DNA of 64,000 nucleotides from Flectonema sp. DT1601 (lineage: Eukaryota): positions 248,001 through 312,000 of the forward strand of contig OZ025788.1 in the NCBI GenBank assembly GCA_964019425.1, in the 5' to 3' direction. A program made the translations under genes and the position numbers. Positions 1 through 10,789 of this stretch are shown in pieces. Below the pieces are notes generated by a model. It made no database searches. It was not told the origin of the DNA and was given only the letters and a program-made list of their open reading frames with translations. The first letter of the stretch is position 1; each line of letters begins with the position of its first letter.

Positions 1-322
1 GATCATTTTAACTAGCTAATTCCCAGACAGCATCCTATTAGAGAATTAAAGTAAAATTATATTATTTGAGTACCAAATGGTCGGGGGAACGACATGCCAA
101 TTCCTTTCATGTGAAAAAAACCAGAAGTACCTGCGGTTCAAGGAATTAATGAAAGATTCCAACAGACTAATTTTAATTCTTATTTTTGAAAAAAATTGGT
201 CAAAACATAACTACAAAAAAAGTGTACAACAATCTAAAATAATACATCCCATCACCATACGTAACTAGCCTGGGTTTACGTGAGCTGCTTGTCAATGAGT
301 AGAAAGTAACAATATACTTATA

Positions 323-1477
323 CTAATAACCCGAATATGCAGATGCTGTATAATGCGACTGCCTAGCTGCCCTTCTCGGGGAGCCAAAAGCAGACGCTGC
401 TCGATCATAGTGTTGTGTTTGCTCAAAAAAAAGACTTTTTGAACTACGCAGAGCATCTTCGTTCTGCTGAACACAGATTTCGCGCTCCATTAACGATTTT
501 TCTTCAGCCTCCATTGAAACATGACGGTGGGCAACCGACTGATTTAGGTCCATATTTGTACTAATTCGACTCATCAGTTCATCATTATCACATTGGAGTC
601 CTCTCAATCGTTCTTGTATTTCAGAGGCTTTCCTATTCAAGTCTGCTTCTAATCCCTGATTTTGTCCCAATCGTTGCTGACACGTCTTAATTTCTGCTTC
701 GCGAGAAGTGACGTCGTATCTGTCAGCAGCGTGGTGAAAACATATATTAGTAACGTTTGGAAACACTTGTGAAAATGCCTTTAACTCATCTCTCGTAATG
801 ACACCATCTTGATTACAGTCTGCGTAACTAAATAGCGCTTCCAACACCGTATCAGGGAAATTTATCATATCTTGCACCCAGGTTTTAAATTCCTGATGAG
901 TAATGTATCCCTTTTCGCCAATATCCATCGTATCAAAGATGTAACACAACTTTTCCTCTTGAGTCGCACCGTCTCTACCAGTTTTATAAATAACATGTTT
1001 TGGTGTTGTTGGTTCTACAAAATTGACTGCTCCTCGGACATAAGGGTTGCGGTTTTCAACAGCTGGTGATCCGGAACGAGGCTTAAGAGGTTCCTGCACC
1101 GGGCGGACCCTAGGCTGCACATTGGTAGTGTTTGATGCATTGCTTTGTTGTAGTTTCCTAGGTTTTGCAAGAGGGAGGTCCATCTGCACATCTACATGCC
1201 AACTAGTTTCGGGTCGAAATGCGTACAATTGGACTCCCGCGAACAACTGGTTACAGTCTACAAAATCAACCCATTCGCCGACCCTATCGTCGAAGAATTG
1301 CACGCTGTATATTGAAAACGCAGGTGACAGTCCGTGGCCCACTAACGTTGCGGCCTCCTCATCCATCAACCTGCAGATCATATCGTGAACACCTTTTACT
1401 CCTTTCGTTATATCTAACTCGACTTCAAGGTTAACCTTCTTGGAACAGATATCGCCACATATTTTAGCAATGATCAT
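323..1477 (-). CDS. BILBO1: BILBO1-like cytoskeletal protein (BILBO1-type N-terminal domain, two EF-hands, coiled coil), ~384 aa
   Basis: Likely ATG at 1477, downstream of a candidate acceptor ttgttcatag. The N-terminus (GDICSKKVNLE...FDDRVGEWVDF...QLYAFRPETSWH...DLPLA) follows the trypanosome BILBO1 N-terminal domain pattern (ADIFNNKVNFE...YDEELNKWVDL...QLYVFQPPNEWH...EIPPA). EF-hands DIGEKGYITHQE and DCNQDGVITRDE, then a heptad-rich C-terminus. It may be a paralogue rather than the true orthologue. Confidence 0.8.
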   Translation of the reverse strand: MIIAKICGDICSKKVNLEVELDITKGVKGVHDMICRLMDEEAATLVGHGLSPAFSIYSVQFFDDRVGEWVDFVDCNQLFAGVQLYAFRPETSWHVDVQMDLPLAKPRKLQQSNASNTTNVQPRVRPVQEPLKPRSGSPAVENRNPYVRGAVNFVEPTTPKHVIYKTGRDGATQEEKLCYIFDTMDIGEKGYITHQEFKTWVQDMINFPDTVLEALFSYADCNQDGVITRDELKAFSQVFPNVTNICFHHAADRYDVTSREAEIKTCQQRLGQNQGLEADLNRKASEIQERLRGLQCDNDELMSRISTNMDLNQSVAHRHVSMEAEEKSLMEREICVQQNEDALRSSKSLFFEQTQHYDRAASAFGSPRRAARQSHYTASAYSGY

Positions 1478-1539
1478 TGCAGTAGATCTTCCTATGAACA
1501 AGTACTTAACAAAATTAAAACGCACATCAATCAAAAATT

Positions 1540-1676
1540 ATTTTTTGCGACTAAACTCTGGGACAATGGGGAAAAAAAAAAAAAAAAAACTCAAAAAAAG
1601 AAATTAGTAAGAAATCGATCGAAGCGGTATTTTAATGTGCAGCATCATTCGGTCCATTTCCGTCCGAAATCGAGAG
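1540..1676 (-). repeat. Diverged inverted copy of the right end of the 4857-5634 MITE-like element
   Basis: 1616-1672 (cgatcgaagcggtattttaatgtgcagcatcattcggtccatttccgtccgaaatcg) is a near reverse complement of 5500-5556. 1540-1566 resembles the reverse complement of 5590-5618. Confidence 0.7.
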
Positions 1677-2084
1677 CTAAATCTTTCACAAGGTTATGAT
1701 TGGACCATCCCTGTAGTGATTTCGATGACTGGTGGGACTGTCGATGTTGGATGTTGGAATTGCAAATAAATCTACCATCCCATCCCTATCCTCCTCGGCA
1801 TGAAGTTGTTTTCCGAGTTGAAAAAAGATCTGTATTGGGCTTCTCCTCCTCATTCATCAAGGCATTGGATAATTTTTGGAATTCAACAGCCTCAGGGGTC
1901 AGTTTTTTGAGTCTCACTTTCCTTATTATCAGCCTCAGCCAGCCTCCCAGCCTCAGCCTGAATTTTACCCTTGAGCCTCTATCTGTTTCAGAAGTTTGAT
2001 AAAGTTTCTATTTTACGGAGATTAACCTCGAGCAGGGTGTCCAACCCTTTTCTGTATCTCAAGCGATTCATCCCCGATCCTACT

Positions 2085-2525
2085 CGATTGTGAATAGTTA
2101 CCTCGTGATCGTTCATTTTATAAAGCATGTAGCAACTCACGTTGTCACGGATCAGCTTCGCATCTCAACCATCATCAGATAGTTGAGGTGTCGTCCACGA
2201 GAGAAGAGTTCAATGAATTTGTTCTGATCACGTTCAAGTATGATGTCGTCCAACACTATCAGATTCTGCAACTCGGAACCAGAGTGTCGATGTCGATGGA
2301 GTCAGACAATCCTTAACAATATTTTGATGATGAAGTGTTAATACTTGGGTTGGTACAGAGAGGTTGAGGGTGTCATAATAGAGTAGGTTCTTGTCGAGTA
2401 ACAGATTCATTATTATATTCACCTTCCCACATCTCGAAGGTCCGACAACCAACATTTTGAACGGTTATTATGGTGATATGAGTGAGTTATTACTGATGTG
2501 TTGTAGTCTGATCATAGTTTTTAAC
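2085..2525 (-). pseudogene. Decayed A32/FtsK-like packaging ATPase of Polinton/Maverick-type element
   Basis: Minus-strand fragments in different frames: PFKMLVVGPSRCGKVNIIMNLLLDKNLLYYD (Walker A region), RDQNKFIELFSRGRHLN (GRH motif) and KLIRDNVSCYMLYK. Contains stops and frameshifts. Confidence 0.75.
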
Positions 2526-2533
2526 ATTCAGCT

Positions 2534-2690
2534 CTAATTAGATCCATATGCTAATGTACTGATCTTATCGTCGCAGATGTATCGTTTGTCATCGTACCTT
2601 GTGGGCAGAGTTTTTCCATAAACCGAGTTGTTCAGCAGTTTGCAGAGGTTCTTGTCGAAGTCGTAGCCTTTTGGCGGAAGTCGCTGCTTT
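2534..2690 (-). pseudogene. Internally deleted protein-primed family B DNA polymerase (Polinton-type) relic
   Basis: Translates as DFDKNLCKLLNNSVYGKTL (motif B, KxxxNSxYGK) joined directly to RYDDKRYICDDKISTLAYGSN* (typical C-terminal DDKR...TLAYG motif). Confidence 0.75.
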
Positions 2691-3084
2691 TTATTCAAAC
2701 TGATTGTTTTTTCTTTAAAAAAATTAAAAAAAGAATATATATAAAAAAAGAATAAACAATGTTATCATTGTTTTTTTTTTATCGATCGACTTTGTCGACT
2801 AATTTCTATTTTCCGTCCTGATCGAGACGCTTAACTGATTGTTTCCTTTTAAAAAAAAAAAAATTATAAAAAATTTAAAAAAATTAAAAAAAAAGAGCAT
2901 CTCCCTGCTATCCCCCATATCCCCACAAAAATATTATACCTTTTCATTTTCTCTTTCCTTTTCTGGTCTTTTTTTTTCTTTTTTTTTTTTTTATTTCTTT
3001 TTCATATAACGTTTATTTAATTTTTTATTTTTTTTTTTTTTTTTTCCATGTTTGATTATTTCCTCTACATATTATATTATATTA

Positions 3085-4845
3085 CCGTAATTATAAATAT
3101 CATGGTGTATAAAAAGTCTCCAAATCAGCAAAAAATGGCCAAATCCACCATCTTTATTATATCCAAAGTTTTTTTAGTACAATCATTCACAGAAAACACT
3201 TAGCAAAATTCGGATTCCAGAAGAAAAAAAAACTTTTTTTTTTGACCTTTTTCTTTTGACTTTGGTACTAAATTATCGACATTTTGAACTGGTTAAAGTT
3301 CTACAGGCTGGTCTTGTGTACCAACCTGGTGGGGGATTGATAACTAATGTTGAAGTTGCTTCCAGATACATATCAGGACAACATATCCACAAATAACGTT
3401 GTTGGTAGCTGGTTGCACACCAGTCTTAATGAATGATGTCAAAATTCCTAAAAGCAGCAAGTAGTAGTCTAGACGAGGCCAACTACAACTAAGGAGTTCT
3501 TCTCCAATCGTTGTAATACACCGAGGTATGAGGTGCGGTATTAAGAAACATGAGCTCATGTTCACAACTACAGACTTCAGGAGCTCGGGTGGATTTGCAG
3601 GATTGACAATACCTGCTTTTATAAAACCAGCCGTGATAGTATTTTTCGTAATACTATCAAGGGCTGTCACTATCCACCCAATTTGCGACTTCGTTTTTGT
3701 GAGCTCCTTCATCCATTTTGACATGGGTTCGGATTCAGGAGCTCCTTTTGGACCCTTCCCTTTCGCAGCGCGCTTTAAAGTTTCCATCAGCTTTTTGCTT
3801 TGATTTTTTCAACTTTTCCTCCCGCTTGCGCATCTGCTCTGTCATCCACTCACCAAGAAAGCATGATGCTTCTTTGAAGTTGGCCATGACAGTTAGATCC
3901 AGCGGCCGGAGATGAGAAGTCCATCCGCCTTGCACCAGTATAACCGTGATATTGGCTTCTTCAAATTGACGAAGGACTTCTTCAGTTATCTGCCCTAAAC
4001 TGGGCATATACTGCGAGGCCAGGGTGATCCGATTGGAGTGTTTTTTAGTTAGTTTAGATCCGATTGGAGCGTTTCTTAATAAAGTATGGGATTATTGCTC
4101 CAGAAACCTTGACCGAGCTGATAGGAGTTCTGCTTCAGGCGCTACTTTCGCAGTGGTTCCAAGACGGTATCCAACCCTTCCGTTCCAGGAACTTGTAGGT
4201 CCATGTTGCTTGTAGGGAACCGGAATCCACGCGTTCCGGCGTATCACCTGTGCTTGAAACCAGAGAAGAGAAGCAAACACAGAGCCACCATAGACACGGA
4301 TATTCTCAATTAAATCGAGCACCCGCTTCCTCATCAGTGGTTAAGATGGTTGGTCTCCCAGATTTCACCTGCCCTTCTAGTGGTTCTCCCTTTGTCTTCC
4401 TCTTTTGTTCCTCAACAAAGAGCTTCATTGCCCTGCCTGCACTGTTGATCTTTTCTTATGGTCCGTGTTGAAGTATGCAATCGCCCTTGACACATTGGTG
4501 GCAGAGTTCACCATCTTACCAATGTTAAGCAACTCCCCCCTTGACCACTTCTCATAGCAGCGAGACGTTTGTGCTCTTTTACCCGCTCCTCTTTCTTTAT
4601 CAAACCCAGCTCCACCTTGCTTACCGACGTCTTCAGGGGTTCAAAAGGATCCCGTTTTTTCAAAAAATTCCGCATAGTGTGAAAAATTTCATCCCCAAAA
4701 ACTACCATTTTACAGTCAAAATGTGTACTTTCATACTTTTTTATAAAAATCCACCAAGTTTTTTTTCCGAGAATCCACCATCTTTTTTATATCCAAAGTT
4801 GTTATACTCCAAATTTTTTATACACCGTGATATTTATAATTACAG
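3085..4845 (-). mobile_element. pogo/Tigger-like (Tc1-mariner superfamily) DNA transposon, non-autonomous
   Basis: 31-bp TIRs at 3085-3115 (ccgtaattataaatatcatggtgtataaaaa) and 4815-4845 differ at 2 positions. TA dinucleotides flank both ends (3083-3084, 4846-4847). Encloses a broken transposase. Confidence 0.85.
3590..4675 (-). pseudogene. pogo-family DDE transposase pseudogene
   Basis: Frameshifted pieces: SGRPTILTTDEE / VLDLIENIRVYGGSV (CENP-B-type HTH-like), ITEEVLRQFEEANITVILVQGGWTSHLRPLDLTVMANFK (DDE_1 'GGxTSxLQPLD' motif) and WIVTALDSITKNTITAGFIKAGI. Confidence 0.8.
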
Positions 4846-4856
4846 TATATTATATT

Positions 4857-5634
4857 ATATATCAGTCATTCCTTTTTTTTGCGAACAAAAAAACACCATT
4901 TTCTCACCGCCTGAGCAAAGTTACACGATATGTTACTTTTGCTCGATTTTTTATTTTTTGGAATCGGGGAGGGTGCGATCTGTAAAATTAGGCATAGGGA
5001 TATACTTTTAAACATGGTAAGTGCTGCTAAAAAGAGATAAACGTCTCTTTGCAAAATTTCCTTGGTACTACTCAATGATAAATAGTAATCCCAGACCTGG
5101 AATGGAAAGATCGAGAAAATCTGAGTAAAAAACACCCCTAATTTTTTTTTTTACTATTTTTTTTCCCTTCTCCCGCACTCAAGAGATATGCACCTTTTTA
5201 CTAACAAATCAACCCTGGTAGCAATTATGTAAGGAAAATGTTGCATCTGTGGTGGTGATAATGATCATTAAGTATCAAAGTAGGTCCAAAAAGACAGGTA
5301 GTAACAATCTGCCTCACCGGCACATGCTTAGTACTCTTTAATATATTTTTGCTCGATTATTTTTTCTCTGGATCCCGCTGGGCCACAGTGTAAAATTAGA
5401 CCCTTCGATTAATTTTTAGTTTTGGTACTTGTCCACGGCTGAGCTGATTTAGTAAACCACAAAATCTCTTTTCTCAATTCGGGTGACAAGTATGTGATGC
5501 GATTTCGGACGGAAATGAACCCAACGATGCAGCGCATTAAAATGCCGCTTTGATCGAAAATTTTACAATTTTTTTTTGAAAATCTTTTTCAATGTCCAAA
5601 ATTTGTTCGCAAAAAAAAGGAATGACTGATATAT
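4857..5634. mobile_element. MITE-like non-coding element with perfect terminal inverted repeats
   Basis: 4857-4889 (atatatcagtcattccttttttttgcgaacaaa) is the exact reverse complement of 5602-5634. The outer ATATAT may be the target-site duplication. No coding content. Confidence 0.75.
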
Positions 5635-5851
5635 TTTTTTTTTTTCTGCCTCTCTCTTAATTCTGTTTGTTTCTTTGAAACGAAAATTCATTTGAATATT
5701 ATTCCTTGGTCAGCAACCATCATTGTCGCCCTTTGGGCCTGTTAAAAAAAAATAAAAATAAAAAGAAAGTTTACATCGGGAATAGGGCAGGAGCCAAAAG
5801 CTCCCAAGCCAAAATTAATAAAAAAGAATATAAAAAAAATAAAAAAAAAAA

Positions 5852-6346
5852 GAATAAACAATGTTATCATTGTTTTTTTTTATCGTTCGACTTTGTTGAC
5901 TAATTTCTATTTTTTTTTCTTTTTAAAAAATAAATAAATAAAAAGAATTAAAATAAAAAAAAAAAAAAAGAATAAACAATGTTATCATTGTTTTTTTTAT
6001 CGATCGACTATGTCGATTACTTTCTATTTTCCGTCCTGGTCAGGACGCTAAACTGATTGTTTTTTCTTTAAAAATAAATAAAAAGAATAAAAAAAAAAAA
6101 AAAGGAATAAACAATGTTATCATTGTTTTTTTTTTATCGATCGACTATGTCGATTACTTACTATTTTCCGTCCTGGTCAAGACGCTAAACTGATTGTTTT
6201 TTCTTTAAAATAATTAAAAAGATTTAAAAAAAAAAAAAAAAAAAAAAAATGAATAAACAATGTTATCATTGTTTTTTTTTCTATCGATCAACTATGTCGA
6301 TTAATTTCTATTTTCCGTCCTGATCGAGACGCTAAACTGATTGTTT
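5852..6346 (+). repeat. Tandem ~120-145-bp three-hairpin repeat (4 copies here, the first partial; others at ~2750-2845 and inverted at ~29497-29580)
   Basis: Unit gaataaacaatgttatcattgttt(T)n-atcgatcgactatgtcgatt-actttctattttccgtcctggtcaggacgctaaactgattg, separated by A-runs. Confidence 0.85.
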
Positions 6347-6512
6347 CCTTTTTTTAAATAATAAATAAGAAAAAAAAAAAAAAAAAAAAAAAAAGAGCAT
6401 CTCCCTGCTATCCCTCATATCCCCACAATAATATTATACCTTTTCATTTTCTCTTTCCTTTTCTGGTCTTTTTTTTTTCTTTTTTTTCCTTTTTCATACA
6501 ACGTTTTTTATT

Positions 6513-6543
<31 letters not shown>

Positions 6544-6577
6544 CATGTTTGATTATTTCCTCTTCATTTTTTTTTTC

Positions 6578-6610
<33 letters not shown>

Positions 6611-6670
6611 TCCTCTGCCTCTCTCTTAATTCTGTTCGTTTCTTTGAAACGAAAATTCATTTGAATATTA

Positions 6671-6918
6671 TTCCTTGGTCAGCAACCATCATTGTCGCCC
6701 TTTGGGCCTGTTAAAAAAAAATAAAAATAAAAAGAAAGTTTACATCGGGAATAGGGCAGGAGCCAAAAGCTCCCAGTCCGTTACTTCCCACTTTATCGAA
6801 ATTCCCTTGGTCAGCATCAGTCATTGTCGCCCTTTGGGCCGGTTAAAAAAAAAAAAAAAAGAAAGTTTACATCGGGAATAGGGCAGGAGCCAAAAGCTCC
6901 CAGTCCGTTACTTCCACC
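6671..6918 (+). repeat. Two tandem copies of a ~125-bp unit (third copy 5702-5806) abutting the satellite array
   Basis: cttggtcagca...cattgtcgccctttgggcc...gaaagtttacatcgggaatagggcaggagccaaaagctccca is repeated. Confidence 0.85.
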
Positions 6919-7091
6919 TTTTCGAAACCAAGTTTCAAAAAACAGCCAGCTCTACACAAAGTTTCAAAAAACAGCCAGCTCCACACAAAAAGTTTCAAAA
7001 AATAGCCAGCTCAACAAAGTTTAAAAAAAAGCCAGCTCAACAAAGTTTCAAAAAACAGGCAGCTCCACACAAAGTTTCAAAAAACAGCCAG

Positions 7092-7327
7092 AGTTGAATT
7101 TCCAGGTGAGATTTGGACTGTTAGCTTTTGGCTAAGGCCCTCCCTGAAGAGCAAGAACAAAAAAACTACTCACACCTGAAGAAAACATACACAAAGAACA
7201 CACTGTAAGCTGTGTGTGTATTTTGTGTTTGTCACAACAGGAGAGAAAAGAAAGAATGTCAAGGTTGGTCACCTTGCCTATCAACGCACAACATTGGTGG
7301 TCTCTACTAGACCCTGAGTGATCCCAC
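7092..7327 (-). repeat. Dispersed element X, copy A (internally deleted)
   Basis: Reverse complement of 29605-29729 joined to 29947-30048 (ccaggtgagatttggactgttag...ctactagaccctgag). Confidence 0.85.
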
Positions 7328-10300
7328 TGGATCTCTCATCGTTCATAGTACCCTGTGTGAAGTTATAAAATCAAAGGTAAACTATGAACTACAAATGACT
7401 TAGCCTGTTATTATAATGCCACAGGCAGGCCCTGCATTCAGCAACTATCCAGCAGTGCTTGGATGTCCTGATCTTCTTCTAAAAAAAAGAAAGAAAAACA
7501 AAACTGTAGCTGGGATCACTCAGGATCAACAGACTACCAATGCTACCTGTTGTACTTGCTCACTATGGGGGGTGATGCCAAACACCCAGAAGTACTCAAC
7601 TACTTTCCTTCTTGCTGCCCAGGAGTTTCTGACCAGAACTAATAGAAAATAAAAAGCAGATGGGAAACAATAAAAAGTAAAATGGATATAACTGAAGTTA
7701 TACAAGACAAATGAAGTAACAGACCAGAACAGAAAGAGGATTGTAATAGAAGATTACAAATAAAAAAATGCAAGTATCAACACATAATCAAGATACACCA
7801 GCAGCTAACAAACAACATAAAATTGAAGATCAGTTGCCAGAGTATTTCAACCATGGTAGAATACTCGCCCCTCTGGCAGGGATTATCCCAGACTTGTCCT
7901 TTAATCTAGTTGGACACCATGATCAACAAAGTTTAAAAAAAATGCCAGCTCCACACACAAAGTTTCAAAAAACAGCCAGCTCTACACGCAAAGTTTCAAA
8001 AAACAGCCAGCTCTACACGCAAAGTTTCAAAAAACAGCCAGCTCAACAAAGTTTTAAAAAACAGCCAGCTCAACAAAGTTTAAAAAAGCAGCCAGCTCCA
8101 CACACAAAGTTTCAAAAAACAGCCAGCTCAACAAAGTTTAAAAAAAATGCCAGTTCCACGAAAAGTTTCAAAAAACAGCCAGCTCTACACGCAAAGTTTT
8201 AAAAACAGCCAGCACCACACGCAAAGTTTTAAAAATAGCCAGCTCCACACGCAAAGTTTCGAAAAACAGACAGCTCCACACGCAAAGTTTAAAAAAACAG
8301 CCAGCTCAACAAAGTTTAAAAAAGCAGCCAGCTCCACACACAAAGTTTAAAAAAACAGCCAGCTCCACACAAAGTTTAAAAAAACAGCCAGCTCAACAAA
8401 GTTTAAAAAAAATGCCAGCTCCACGAAAAGTTTCAAAAAACAGCCAGCTCTACACACAAAGTTTCAAAAAACAGCCAGCACCACACGCAAAGTTTCAAAA
8501 AACAGCCAGCTCAACAAAGTTTAAAAAAGCAGCCAGCTCCACACACAAAGTTTCAAAAAACAGCCAGCTCTACACGCAAAGTTTAAAAAAACAGCCAGCT
8601 CAACAAAGTTTCAAAAAACAGCCAGCTCAACAAAGTTTCAAAAAACAGCCAGCTCCACACACAAAGTTTCAAAAAACAGCCAGCTCCACACAAAGTTTAA
8701 AAAAACAGCCAGCTCAACAAAGTTTAAAAAAAATGCCAGCTCCACGAAAAGTTTCAAAAAACAGCCAGCTCTACACACAAAGTTTTAAAAAACAGCCAGC
8801 ACCACACACAAAGTTTCGAAAAACAGCCAGCTCCACAAAGTTTAAAAAAACAGCCAGCTCAACAAAGTTTAAAAAAGCAGCCAGCTCCACACACAAAGTT
8901 TCAAAAAACAGCCAGCTCTACACGCAAAGTTTTAAAAAACAGCCAGCACCACACACAAAGTTTCGAAAAACAGCCAGCTCCACAAAGTTTAAAAAAACAG
9001 CCAGCTCAACAAAGTTTAAAAAAAATGCCAGCTCCACGAAAAGTTTTAAAAAACAGCCAGCTCCACACACAAAGTTTCAAAAAACAGCCAGCTCTACACG
9101 CAAAGTTTCAAAAAACAGCCAGCTCAACAAAGTTTTAAAAAACAGCCAGCTCAACAAAGTTTAAAAAAGCAGCCAGCTCCACACACAAAGTTTCAAAAAA
9201 CAGCCAGCTCAACAAAGTTTAAAAAAAATGCCAGTTCCACGAAAAGTTTCAAAAAACAGCCAGCTCTACACGCAAAGTTTTAAAAACAGCCAGCACCACA
9301 CGCAAAGTTTTAAAAATAGCCAGCTCCACACGCAAAGTTTCGAAAAACAGACAGCTCCACACGCAAAGTTTAAAAAAACAGCCAGCTCAACAAAGTTTAA
9401 AAAAGCAGCCAGCTCCACACACAAAGTTTCAAAAAACAGCCAGCTCAACAAAGTTTAAAAAAAATGCCAGCTCCACGAAAAGTTTCAAAAAACAGCCAGC
9501 TCTACACACAAAGTTTCAAAAAACAGCCAGCTCCACACACAAAGTTTAAAAAAACAGCCAGCTCAACAAAGTTTAAAAAAAATGCCAGCTCAACAAAGTT
9601 TAAAAAAACAGCCAGCACCACACGCAAAGTTTCAAAAAACAGCCAGCTCAACAAAGTTTAAAAAAGCAGCCAGCTCCACACACAAAGTTTCAAAAAACAG
9701 CCAGCTCAACAAAGTTTAAAAAAAATGCCAGCTCCACGAAAAGTTTCAAAAAACAGCCAGCTCTACACACAAAGTTTCAAAAAACAGCCAGCTCCACACA
9801 CAAAGTTTCAAAAAACAGCCAGCTCCACAAAGTTTAAAAAAAATGCCAGCTCAACAAAGTTTAAAAAAACAGCCAGCTCAACAAAGTTTAAAAAAAATGC
9901 CAGCTCCACAAAGTTTAAAAAAAATGCCAGCTCCACGAAAAGTTTCAAAAAACAGCCAGCTCCACACAAAGTTTAAAAAAACAGCCAGCTCAACAAAGTT
10001 TAAAAAAAATGCCAGCTCCACAAAGTTTAAAAAAAATGCCAGCTCCACGAAAAGTTTCAAAAAACAGCCAGCTCTACACACAAAGTTTTAAAAAACAGCC
10101 AGCACCACACACAAAGTTTCGAAAAACAGCCAGCTCCACAAAGTTTAAAAAAACAGCCAGCTCAACAAAGTTTAAAAAAGCAGCCAGCTCCACACACAAA
10201 GTTTCAAAAAACAGCCAGCTCTACACGCAAAGCTTTAAAAAACAGCCAGCACCACACACAAAGTTTCGAAAAACAGCCAGCTCCACAAAGTTTAAAAAAA

Positions 10301-10789
10301 CAGCCAGCTCAACAAAGTTTAAAAAAAATGCCAGCTCCACAAAGTTTAAAAAAAATGCCAGCTCCACGAAAAGTTTCAAAAAACAGCCAGCTCTACACAC
10401 AAAGTTTCAAAAAACAGCCAGCTCCACACACAAAGTTTCAAAAAACAGCCAGCACCACACGCAAAGTTTCAAAAAACAGCCAGCTCAACAAAGTTTAAAA
10501 AAGCAGCCAGCTCCACACACAAAGTTTAAAAAAACAGCCAGCTCCACGCAAAGTTTTAAAAAACAGCCAGCACCACACACAAAGTTTCGAAAAACAGCCA
10601 GCTCCACAAAGTTTCAAAAACAGCCAGCTCAACAAAGTTTAAAAAAAATGCCAGCTCCACGAAAAGTTTCAAAAAACAGCCAGCTCCACACACAAAGTTT
10701 CAAAAAACAGCCAGCACCACACGCAAAGTTTCAAAAAACAGCCAGCTCAACAAAGTTTAAAAAAGCAGCCAGCTCAACAAAGTTTAAAA

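Larger units (their letters stand above)
2895..6775 (+). repeat. Local segmental duplication: 2895-3066 + 5646-5806 (interrupted by the two transposons) versus uninterrupted 6394-6775
   Basis: gagcatctccctgctatcc...catgtttgattatttcctct and ctgcctctctcttaattctg...gccaaaagctccca occur in both copies in the same order. Confidence 0.8.

Noticed and set aside
5970..6065. Hammerhead ribozyme in the three-hairpin unit (GTCC...GGAC followed by GGAAA on the minus strand)
   Set aside because: No correctly placed CUGANGA core on either strand.
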